From positions 1 to 64,000 of the IMG/VR virus record IMGVR_UViG_3300031994_000045: a stretch of 64,000 nt of DNA. One strand, written 5' to 3'. Numbering within the stretch: the stretch's first letter is position 1; each line of letters starts with the position of its first letter. A program made the translations under genes and the position numbers. Of this stretch, positions 24,430 through 32,127 are shown piece after piece. Below the pieces are notes generated by a model that was not told the origin of the DNA, did not search any database, and saw only the letters and a program-made list of their open reading frames with translations. Source of the DNA: a virus (lineage: Duplodnaviria > Caudoviricetes).

Positions 24430-26865
24430 TCAGCCCCTCCTTCTCGGCCGAAGCGCGGACACGCCGCCCCGCGCGGCGGCCTGGGCCTCGTCGGTCTTCT
24501 TTTTCCTCGGGATGACGGGAACCTCCGGCACGGGAGGAGCCGCGGTCTGCGTCACCGGAGCCGCGGCCTGGGCGGCCGGAGCCTGGACGGTCGAGGCCCT
24601 GTTTTTCGCGACCAGCGCGTCGTATTCGGCCTTGTTCGGGTTGTTCGCGTCGCTCAAGGCCTCGTTGATCGCGGACGATCTGTTCGCGGCCGTCTGCTGG
24701 TCGATCGACTGGTTGATCGCCTTCGCGGCGTCTCGCGCCTCCTGCGCGCTGTGGACGATGGTGACTCCGTCCGGGCCGCCGGCGCGCTTCGGCCTCAGCG
24801 CGCCCTGCACGTCGCCGGGCGACATGGACTGGGGGCCGCCCAGCGATTCCATCCTCGCCTGGTTCGCCTCGGCCTCCCCGCGGGAATTGAAGAGGACCTT
24901 CCGGCCCGGGAGGTTCTGCGCCAGCGTACCTGCGGCCATCTGCGCCCCGGCTTGTCCGCTCTCGCCGCCCGTTTGCTTTATCCCGTGCTCCTCCATGGCC
25001 TGGTTCATGATGAACCTGCGCCGGAGCTGGTCGCGCTTGTCAGCGGCGTCCGGATCGCTCGACGAAATCGAGGCCATGCCTTCCATGTACGCCTTCTTGT
25101 TGTCGGCGTTCTGCATCGCCTTCGCAAACATCGCCTGCGGGTCGAACCCGGAATCAAGGAGCTTCTGCCACTGTCCGGAGAACTTGGTCATCGCGGACTT
25201 GCCCTGCGCCTGCGCGTCCGGTCCCGCGCCCGGCGCGACCTGCATCCCCTTGAGGATCTCCGTCCGCGCAGCCTTCTGCTGGTTCTTGTGGTAGTCCATC
25301 ACATCCTTGTCCGAGATGGCCTGCTTGTCCGTCAGCCCGTACTGGCGCCGAAGGTTGCTAACCTGCTCGGCGTTGCGCATGTTCTGGTACGACTGGACCC
25401 GGGCCCCGCGCTCGTCCGCCTCGGCCTGCCACGAATCGAGTTTTTTCGTCGCGGCCTCTATCTGCGCGTCCGAGATCGTATTGCCCTCGGCGGCCGCGTT
25501 CACGAGCCTGCCGAGCGCGGCAAGCTCCTTCTGGCGGTTCGGGTCGTTCGCGTAGAACTTGTTGCCATAGGAGTACTCGCTCGGGCCGACCCCGCTGTCC
25601 TTCCGCTGGGCAAGCTCGTCGGCGCTCACGGCGTTGCCGTTCGCGTCCGTCACGACGGCCTTGCCGTTCTTCCACTCGTACTTCTCGCCTTCCTTCAGGA
25701 GCGTCTTGTCGCTCATTTGGGCAAAACGGTCCCGAAGCGCCGCTATCTGCTTGTTGCGGGCCTCGACCGCGGACTCGCGGTCCTTCCTCTGGTCGGCCGT
25801 CTCGTTCGCCGTGGCCTCGTAGTTCCGCCGGTTGCTCCCCTCGCGCCCGAGGTTGTTCCAGTCGTCGGCGTTCGACAGGTCGCGGTTCTGGAACCGGCGG
25901 TCCTTCCGGCGCTGCTCCTGCTCCTCGCGGTAGGCGCGCTTGCGCTCCTTGAGGTCGTCCATGCTCCTGTCGAGGTCGAACTGGTCGTTGGCGTACTTCT
26001 GGTAGTTGCGGCGAGTGTCGGACTTGGCGTCAGCCTGTTCGCGCTCGCGTTCGCGGCGCGCACGGATGGATTCGGTCTGCGTGGTCTCGCGCTGGGCGTC
26101 CTTGACATTATAGAGAGTCGCGTCATCGTTTCGGCTAACCGGTGCCCCGTTGACATAGATGCCAGAGTCGTCGGCTTTCGTACCATAGCGGCTCGTGCTC
26201 CCCGCGCTGACCGCGGAAGGCTGGGACCCCCCGGTTTTCGGACGCAACGGGCTGCCGCCGGCCTGCTGGCCGCCCGCGGGCTTCACCTGGCGGGTGCCGT
26301 TGGTCGGACCGGCAGATGGGGGTTGTCCGGCAACGGCGCCCGTCTCTTTACCTGGCGAGGCGTCACTACCCGCCCTTGGATAAGTCTTTCTCCATGTTGC
26401 TTCGTCTGACATGGAGACTTCTCCGTCACCCGTTGTATAATCTTCGACCTCTTGCAACGCAGCCTGTACTGACTTGCTCTTAAGCGAATCATGGTCCTTA
26501 CCTGAAAGATACGCATCCGCAATCTCGCCAAGTTCTTTAGCCGATTTACCCTGGAACTCCGGGTGTTGCCGAAGATTCTGACGAAACTGCTTGCGCAATG
26601 TATCCAACTGTCTATTGCGAAAGTCCTCTCGGTCAGACGCGTCGGACGCGAACCACTGCTGCTCACCCCCGTCAACGCCGTTTACAATGGCATTCTGTTC
26701 ATACTCTTCGTCAAGAGTCTTTTCATTGCTGGCGTTTTGCCACCAGTGTCCTCTATAGCGCTGGCTCGCTGTCTCCGCCACCGGAGACGTTCCGCCACGG
26801 GCCTTAGCGAATATATGTCGCTGATATTCCCGCTTGGACAACTTTTGTCTCGTACGATTCGCCAT
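24430..26865 (-). CDS. Putative ejection/pilot protein (811 aa, Q/A/R-rich coiled coil)
   Basis: ATG 26865 with AAGGAG RBS. Low-complexity helical composition typical of podovirus ejection proteins; follows the adaptor gene. Confidence 0.6.
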   Translation of the reverse strand: MANRTRQKLSKREYQRHIFAKARGGTSPVAETASQRYRGHWWQNASNEKTLDEEYEQNAIVNGVDGGEQQWFASDASDREDFRNRQLDTLRKQFRQNLRQHPEFQGKSAKELGEIADAYLSGKDHDSLKSKSVQAALQEVEDYTTGDGEVSMSDEATWRKTYPRAGSDASPGKETGAVAGQPPSAGPTNGTRQVKPAGGQQAGGSPLRPKTGGSQPSAVSAGSTSRYGTKADDSGIYVNGAPVSRNDDATLYNVKDAQRETTQTESIRARREREREQADAKSDTRRNYQKYANDQFDLDRSMDDLKERKRAYREEQEQRRKDRRFQNRDLSNADDWNNLGREGSNRRNYEATANETADQRKDRESAVEARNKQIAALRDRFAQMSDKTLLKEGEKYEWKNGKAVVTDANGNAVSADELAQRKDSGVGPSEYSYGNKFYANDPNRQKELAALGRLVNAAAEGNTISDAQIEAATKKLDSWQAEADERGARVQSYQNMRNAEQVSNLRRQYGLTDKQAISDKDVMDYHKNQQKAARTEILKGMQVAPGAGPDAQAQGKSAMTKFSGQWQKLLDSGFDPQAMFAKAMQNADNKKAYMEGMASISSSDPDAADKRDQLRRRFIMNQAMEEHGIKQTGGESGQAGAQMAAGTLAQNLPGRKVLFNSRGEAEANQARMESLGGPQSMSPGDVQGALRPKRAGGPDGVTIVHSAQEARDAAKAINQSIDQQTAANRSSAINEALSDANNPNKAEYDALVAKNRASTVQAPAAQAAAPVTQTAAPPVPEVPVIPRKKKTDEAQAAARGGVSALRPRRRG

Positions 26866-26877
26866 ATTCAAGTCTCC

Positions 26878-27864
26878 TTACAGGTTCCAGCTGGACTCGA
26901 CGTCGCCGCCGGAGCCCTCGAAAATCACGTTCTGCACCACGGGCGCCTGCACCGTGTTGTCGGCGACCTGCATCTGCTGCAGCCACTGGATCGCCTGCTG
27001 CATGTACTGCTGGGCCGACGCCAGCTCGTTCATCGCCACCTGGTGCTCGTAGAGCATCATGAGGCGTATCGGCTCGATCGACGGGATCGGCAGCACGTCC
27101 TCGTCGTTCACGAGCGGAAGCGGGTCCACCCGCACCTCCGCGAGGATGTCGTAGGGGCCGCGGCCGGACTTGATCCGGTACTGCCGGAACTTCGGCACCT
27201 GGACGGACGGATGGTAGTGCCCGAGCATCCGGACGCGTCCGCTCCGCCCCATGCCCCAGAGGGTTATGTAGTCGTCCGCGTGCGAATCCAGCACGACGGA
27301 CTCTATGTTCAGGAACGGCGTGCCCGAGTTGTCATGGAACGCCTCGTACTCCGGGGCGACGCCGGACGCCCCCTGGGCCACGTCCAGCCTCGCCGAGACC
27401 CGCTCCCCGTCCGGGGACATCCCGACGACGGAGACCGGAGCCTGGGGCCTCCCGTCCGAGACGTGCGGCGCGGTCGCCGCGAGCGTGACCGGCTCGTCCA
27501 GCGGGCGCAGGATCGGAGAGTACCCGAGGTCCGCCACGTCGCCCGCGGGCAACACGCTGAACCCCTGGCGCACGAAGCTGTCGAGGTCTCCCGGGCCCGA
27601 GTGCAGGAACTGGTAGTCCGTCCCGTGCAGCGACGCGGGGTTCCCGTTCAGGCAGACCCTCGTAAGTCCCGCCACGCCCTGCGGGAGGGAAAACACAGGG
27701 GTGGCGGAAAAGAGGCGGACGAGACGGCGGAGGAACTCCCACCCGCTCAGGCCGGCCAGCGCGGAGACCGCGTTGTTGATGAGCTCGCCGATGTCCGCCG
27801 TGCCGTGCAGGTACGGGGCCCTCGCGAGCATCTGCTTCGCCTGTCCGAAAGTGTAGTCCTTCAC
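26878..27864 (-). CDS. Putative head-tail adaptor / tail tubular protein (328 aa)
   Basis: GTG start with AAGGAG RBS, immediately after the capsid gene. N-terminal 'ELINNAVSAL' helix and C-terminal 'AQQYMQQAIQWL' helix flank a beta-rich middle, as in P22 gp4/T7 gp11-like adaptors. Confidence 0.6.
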   Translation of the reverse strand: MKDYTFGQAKQMLARAPYLHGTADIGELINNAVSALAGLSGWEFLRRLVRLFSATPVFSLPQGVAGLTRVCLNGNPASLHGTDYQFLHSGPGDLDSFVRQGFSVLPAGDVADLGYSPILRPLDEPVTLAATAPHVSDGRPQAPVSVVGMSPDGERVSARLDVAQGASGVAPEYEAFHDNSGTPFLNIESVVLDSHADDYITLWGMGRSGRVRMLGHYHPSVQVPKFRQYRIKSGRGPYDILAEVRVDPLPLVNDEDVLPIPSIEPIRLMMLYEHQVAMNELASAQQYMQQAIQWLQQMQVADNTVQAPVVQNVIFEGSGGDVESSWNL

Positions 27865-27879
27865 CGTCCCGTCTCCTTC

Positions 27880-27907
27880 GGGAGGCCCGGCGCGGGCCGG
27901 GCCTCCC
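27880..27907 (-). terminator. 12-bp perfect hairpin after the capsid gene (no U-tract; attenuator or mRNA stabiliser)
   Basis: GGGAGGCCCGGC-gcgg-GCCGGGCCTCCC. Confidence 0.6.
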
Positions 27908-27916
27908 TTCGCGGCG

Positions 27917-29950
27917 TTAGCTGTTGCTTACCGCGAGCGAGCTCTCGGCCGCGACCTTCACGCCGGACCCGCCCGGGACGGCGGAGAGGACCGCTACCGT
28001 AATGCGAGGCGCGGACGTCACGTCGACGACGATCACCTCGACCGTCGATTCGCCCACCGTGATGAAACGGTGCTCGCCGATCGCCAGCGGGCCGTAGCCG
28101 GCCGCGAGCGTCAGGTCGAGGGTATCGCCGGCGGCGAGGTTCGAGCCGATCGGAGCATCGACGGCGATCGTCGCGTCGGTGCCCTTCTTCGAGGCGTCGG
28201 GGTTGACGCGCGGGTTCTCGATCGGGCAGCGGGCGCGGATCGACTCCTTGCAGCGCCGGTAGATGAACGACGTGGTGTCGTACACGCGGGGCTCCGGACG
28301 CGGATGGATGAGGAACAGCCCGTAGAACTTGCCGGTCTGCTGGAACGGGTCCTCCGCGGTCTGCGGGCCGCGCACCCATCCCCACTGGCCGTTCAGCGCG
28401 GGGAACGCGCCGAAGTGCGTGCCGTTGCCGAGGTTGACCTGTCCCTGCGTCTCGAACTCGTTCGTGAACACGTTGTTCATGAACACCGGGGCGATCGCGA
28501 GCTCGGCGTCCACGTACTCGATGTTCTCCATCGGGATGGCGCCGCCGTTGATGCCCTTGCGGTCGGGCTCCGCGACGACCGGCTCGACGGCCAGGGCGAT
28601 GTACACCGGCTTGCCCTCGAGCTCCGACCCGACTCCGCCGTAGTTGGCGGAGGCGTACGACGCGACGTAGCGGTGGATCTTGAAGCGCAGCTGGCGAGGA
28701 TCGCTGACGACGCCCCAGTTCCGGTAGGTGCGGAACGAGAGCTTGTAGTCGTCGATCAGCGCCTGGGGCTTCGCCTCCAGCCACTCGCGGTACACCTTGT
28801 CGTCGCCCTCGATGGAGCGGACGACGTCGTCCGTGTTCACCATGAGGCCGAACACCGGCTCGCCGTTCTCGCTGCCGATGGCGGCGTCGGGGCAGCGGAT
28901 CTTCAGCATCTCGTGCATGCGGTCGAGGCTGTACCAGTTGAGGGGCTCGATCTCGACCGACGCGTCAATCACGACGAACGCGTGGGGCTTGCCGTCCTTG
29001 CCGGTGACGAGCGAGGCCTGCGCCGTCTTGGTGGCCGCGCTTCCGGTCGTTCCGAACTTCACGAACGGGTCGTAGAAGTAGCGGGGCGAGTCGGCCTGGC
29101 CGCGCATCACGCTGGACATCACGAAGGACCGGCCGAAGTTCGTCGACTGGGCCACGTACATGTCACGGTTGAACGTCTCCTGCATGTTGACGCCGACCTC
29201 CATGCCGGCCTCGAGGATGAGGGCGAGCTGCTGCGCGGCGTCCTGGATGTAGCGGAACGCGTTGGCGCAGATCGGATCGGAGCCCCAGGCCGAGCGCATG
29301 CCGGACCACGCGAGCTGGTCCCAGGCGTAGTCGATGGAACCGTGCTTCGGGAACTTGCAGGGGTCGTTCGTGAGGGACGGAATCGGGTCGATCGGCTCCC
29401 ACTCGTCGAGGCCCACGGTCTTGTAGATCGTGCCGCGGAAGATGCGGCGCTGGTGCACGAGGCCGTTGTGGAGCTGGAACTGGCCGCGGGGAATGCGGTC
29501 GTGCCAGAAGCGGGGCACCATGAGGAGCTTCTTCTCGATGAGCGGATCGACCGTCTGCACGGCGGCCCACATCACCTGAGAGAACCCGAGCATGTCGGTG
29601 GCGGCGCCGTTGGCGCCGTACGAGTACATCTCAGGCAAAGGGCCGAGGTCTCTCGCGCGGGTCGGGCCGACCTCGTCAAGCGCGGTACGGCGGGCCGGAT
29701 TGAGGTCGATCATCCCGACGCGCGCCTGGTTCGTGCGCGTGACGTCGGCGATGTAGGGGTTCGTCTGCGTGATGGGCGCGGTGATGCCGGGGACGTCGGT
29801 CGTGGTCGGAAGCGTGACGCGGGCCCCGTTGTTCACTTGTCCCGCGCTTGTCGCCGACGAACCGAGGGTGACCCCGGCCCCTGTGGAGGGATTGACGGTT
29901 CCGCCATTGAGAACTGCGGTTCCGTCGGGTTTGATGAATGCGTCTGCCAT
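27917..29950 (-). CDS. Major capsid protein (677 aa)
   Basis: Directly follows the scaffold-like gene, has its own promoter and RBS, strongly biased codons and a downstream hairpin. C-terminal ~90 aa is beta-rich and Ig-like. Confidence 0.75.
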   Translation of the reverse strand: MADAFIKPDGTAVLNGGTVNPSTGAGVTLGSSATSAGQVNNGARVTLPTTTDVPGITAPITQTNPYIADVTRTNQARVGMIDLNPARRTALDEVGPTRARDLGPLPEMYSYGANGAATDMLGFSQVMWAAVQTVDPLIEKKLLMVPRFWHDRIPRGQFQLHNGLVHQRRIFRGTIYKTVGLDEWEPIDPIPSLTNDPCKFPKHGSIDYAWDQLAWSGMRSAWGSDPICANAFRYIQDAAQQLALILEAGMEVGVNMQETFNRDMYVAQSTNFGRSFVMSSVMRGQADSPRYFYDPFVKFGTTGSAATKTAQASLVTGKDGKPHAFVVIDASVEIEPLNWYSLDRMHEMLKIRCPDAAIGSENGEPVFGLMVNTDDVVRSIEGDDKVYREWLEAKPQALIDDYKLSFRTYRNWGVVSDPRQLRFKIHRYVASYASANYGGVGSELEGKPVYIALAVEPVVAEPDRKGINGGAIPMENIEYVDAELAIAPVFMNNVFTNEFETQGQVNLGNGTHFGAFPALNGQWGWVRGPQTAEDPFQQTGKFYGLFLIHPRPEPRVYDTTSFIYRRCKESIRARCPIENPRVNPDASKKGTDATIAVDAPIGSNLAAGDTLDLTLAAGYGPLAIGEHRFITVGESTVEVIVVDVTSAPRITVAVLSAVPGGSGVKVAAESSLAVSNS

Positions 29951-30093
29951 TTTGGCCTTCCTTCTGCTCCTCTGGGAGCTTGCTGGTAGTTGTGGTTGGC
30001 ACGCGACGTCATGTCCGTGTCGTGTCGTGCGGGCACACGAAATATCCCGAGCTTGCTCCCTCGGCGGCAGAGGGCATTTATCCGCCGGTCGTG

Positions 30094-30123
30094 ATTATAG
30101 CACAAAGCCCCTCGCTCGCGCAA
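30094..30123 (-). promoter_or_regulatory. sigma70-type extended -10 promoter for the capsid gene
   Basis: TTGCGC-18 nt-TATAAT with TGTGC before the -10. Confidence 0.7.
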
Positions 30124-30154
30124 GGGGCTTTCCGAAAACTTATCCGCGCCGCGT

Positions 30155-31459
30155 CTAGGACCGCGGCGGGACAGCACGGCTGAGGACGTTCATGATCGTG
30201 CTCTCGACCGTGCCGGCGAAGCTGCCGCCCTTGTCCACGACGGGGTTCGGGGGAGGCGGCGGGGGAGGCGGCGGGGCGGACCTCGTCCTCATCGGGAGGG
30301 CGGGCGGGGCCCCGGCGCCGCGCAGCTTGTAGTACGCGTCCTGCATCGACTCGAGCGCCTCCGCAAGGTACGCTACCTGCCGCTGCATGACCGGCACGAG
30401 AAAGCCCTGGTACGCGACTCGCGCCAGCTCCTCCTCGTTCGCGACCTGCATGAAGCTCTTGAACTGCCGGTCAGCGTTCGCGACGTCCGTCGCGTACGTG
30501 GCTTCCGCGAGGACCGACGGCCGCTGGTCGCGGGGCATCGTGCGCTGGGTGAACTCGATCGCGCCGTCGGCGAGCTCGGACATCCGCTGGGCCCGGCGGG
30601 CCACCTGCTCCTGCTCGTCGACCTTCGCGATCCCGTCCTGCGTCGAGCGCCACTCCTGCATGGCGTGGCTTCGCGCGAGGTCCAGTTCCCGGAACCGGCG
30701 CCGCTTGTCCCAGAGCGACCCCTGCGCGGCCGCGTCGAGCTGGGCCACCAGGCGGTTGAACTCGGAGTCCGACACGGTCAGAAGCTTGCCGGCCGTGTCG
30801 TCGAGCGCGGCGTCGTCCAGCTCGGCCGACGCGGACAGGGCCGAACGGAACTCGTTCGCCACCTCCGCCATCGGCTCGTCGTACTGCCGGCGAAACTCCG
30901 GACGGTGCGCGAGATCCAGCTTTCCGAGGTCTTCCTCGAGCTGCCTGATCCGCTCGTCCCGGTTTCGCAGCTCTTCCGCGAACTGCTGCCTCTCGTCGGC
31001 GACCGCGCCCGCCTGCTTCCTGGCGTCGGCGAGCTGCCTCTGGAGCTCTTCCGCGGCGTGGCGGGACTGTCGCTCCCGGTCGCGGATGATCTCCCAGGCG
31101 CTCTTCGCCCTCTCGTTCGACTGGATCTCCTCCGGCGCGTCCACGGGCGTGTCCGGCGGGATCTCCACCTTCGGCTCCCCGTCGGCCGTCGGAGCAGGCG
31201 TCGTCGGATTCCGGAACCGGGACGCGATGTCGTCCACCGGACCGGTGGACAGCACCTGTCTCTGGTCTTCCTGCTGGACCGGCTGCTGGACCGGCTGCTG
31301 GACCGGCTGCTGGACCGGCTGCTGGACCGGCTGCTGTTCGCGGCTGTCTCCGGCGGGAGCGCTGGCCTGGCCGGCGGCCATGGACTGCATCGCCTGCGCG
31401 ATCATGTCGGCGGCGACGCCGCGAAACGACGCGTCCCCGCCCTGTTGGTCTGGACTCAT
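30155..31459 (-). CDS. Capsid scaffolding protein (434 aa)
   Basis: P/Q-rich disordered N-terminus with (QQPV)n, long coiled coil and Pro-rich C-terminus; lies between portal and capsid. Confidence 0.7.
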   Translation of the reverse strand: MSPDQQGGDASFRGVAADMIAQAMQSMAAGQASAPAGDSREQQPVQQPVQQPVQQPVQQPVQQEDQRQVLSTGPVDDIASRFRNPTTPAPTADGEPKVEIPPDTPVDAPEEIQSNERAKSAWEIIRDRERQSRHAAEELQRQLADARKQAGAVADERQQFAEELRNRDERIRQLEEDLGKLDLAHRPEFRRQYDEPMAEVANEFRSALSASAELDDAALDDTAGKLLTVSDSEFNRLVAQLDAAAQGSLWDKRRRFRELDLARSHAMQEWRSTQDGIAKVDEQEQVARRAQRMSELADGAIEFTQRTMPRDQRPSVLAEATYATDVANADRQFKSFMQVANEEELARVAYQGFLVPVMQRQVAYLAEALESMQDAYYKLRGAGAPPALPMRTRSAPPPPPPPPPNPVVDKGGSFAGTVESTIMNVLSRAVPPRS

Positions 31460-31469
31460 AAGTCCCTCC

Positions 31470-31853
31470 TTACATGCTGTCTATAACCTTGTCCGCGTTG
31501 TCGACGTACGACCCCAGGTCTCCGTCCGGCGCGGCGGCCGGATCGCGGAAAATCTCGGGGAACACGCGACGCGGGTTCGAGAGGAGCTTCACGGCGAGCT
31601 GGAGCCCGGTCGTGATCCCGTACTGCACGAGAAGGGTCTCCTTCGTGTCGCACGGGAGCGGCGCGGGGTTGTCGGCGAACTCCTCGAGCGCGCGGACCAT
31701 CCTCTGGGTGACCGGCAGCGTCAGCCAGTTCCAGAACTCGGTCTCGGCGGAAGCCCCGGACGACAGCAGCGCGCGAAGCTCCGCCGTCGCCGGGTAGACC
31801 GACGCGTCCGCGTGCGAGCGTACGCGGACCTGCTCGGGGGTGAGCTGCCTCAC
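31470..31853 (-). CDS. Small head-module protein (127 aa)
   Basis: GTG 31853 overlaps the upstream TGA (GTGA). 'EFWNWLTLPVTQ' helical protein in the slot between portal and scaffold. Confidence 0.65.
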   Translation of the reverse strand: MRQLTPEQVRVRSHADASVYPATAELRALLSSGASAETEFWNWLTLPVTQRMVRALEEFADNPAPLPCDTKETLLVQYGITTGLQLAVKLLSNPRRVFPEIFRDPAAAPDGDLGSYVDNADKVIDSM

Positions 31854-32104
31854 TTCGCCTCCGCCTCGGCCTTCTCCGGAGCCTTCGGTTCGGGGTACTC
31901 GACGCCGGCCTCGCGGCGATCGATGTCCGCGATCGTGGCGTCGCACTCGGCGATGTACATGCGCAGCTGTCCGATCGCGGCCTGATGGCGAGCGATCTCG
32001 AGCTCGTACTTCGCCTTGTCCTCGCGGACCAGGATGCGGATCTTGTCCGCCTCTTCCTTCGTCATCGCGTCGGACTTCTTCTCTTCCTTGTTGTTCTCGC
32101 CCAT
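31850..32104 (-). CDS. Hypothetical coiled-coil protein (84 aa)
   Basis: AGGAGG RBS; follows the portal gene. Confidence 0.7.
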   Translation of the reverse strand: MGENNKEEKKSDAMTKEEADKIRILVREDKAKYELEIARHQAAIGQLRMYIAECDATIADIDRREAGVEYPEPKAPEKAEAEAK

Positions 32105-32127
32105 TTCGGGTCCCTCCTGTGGTCGGG

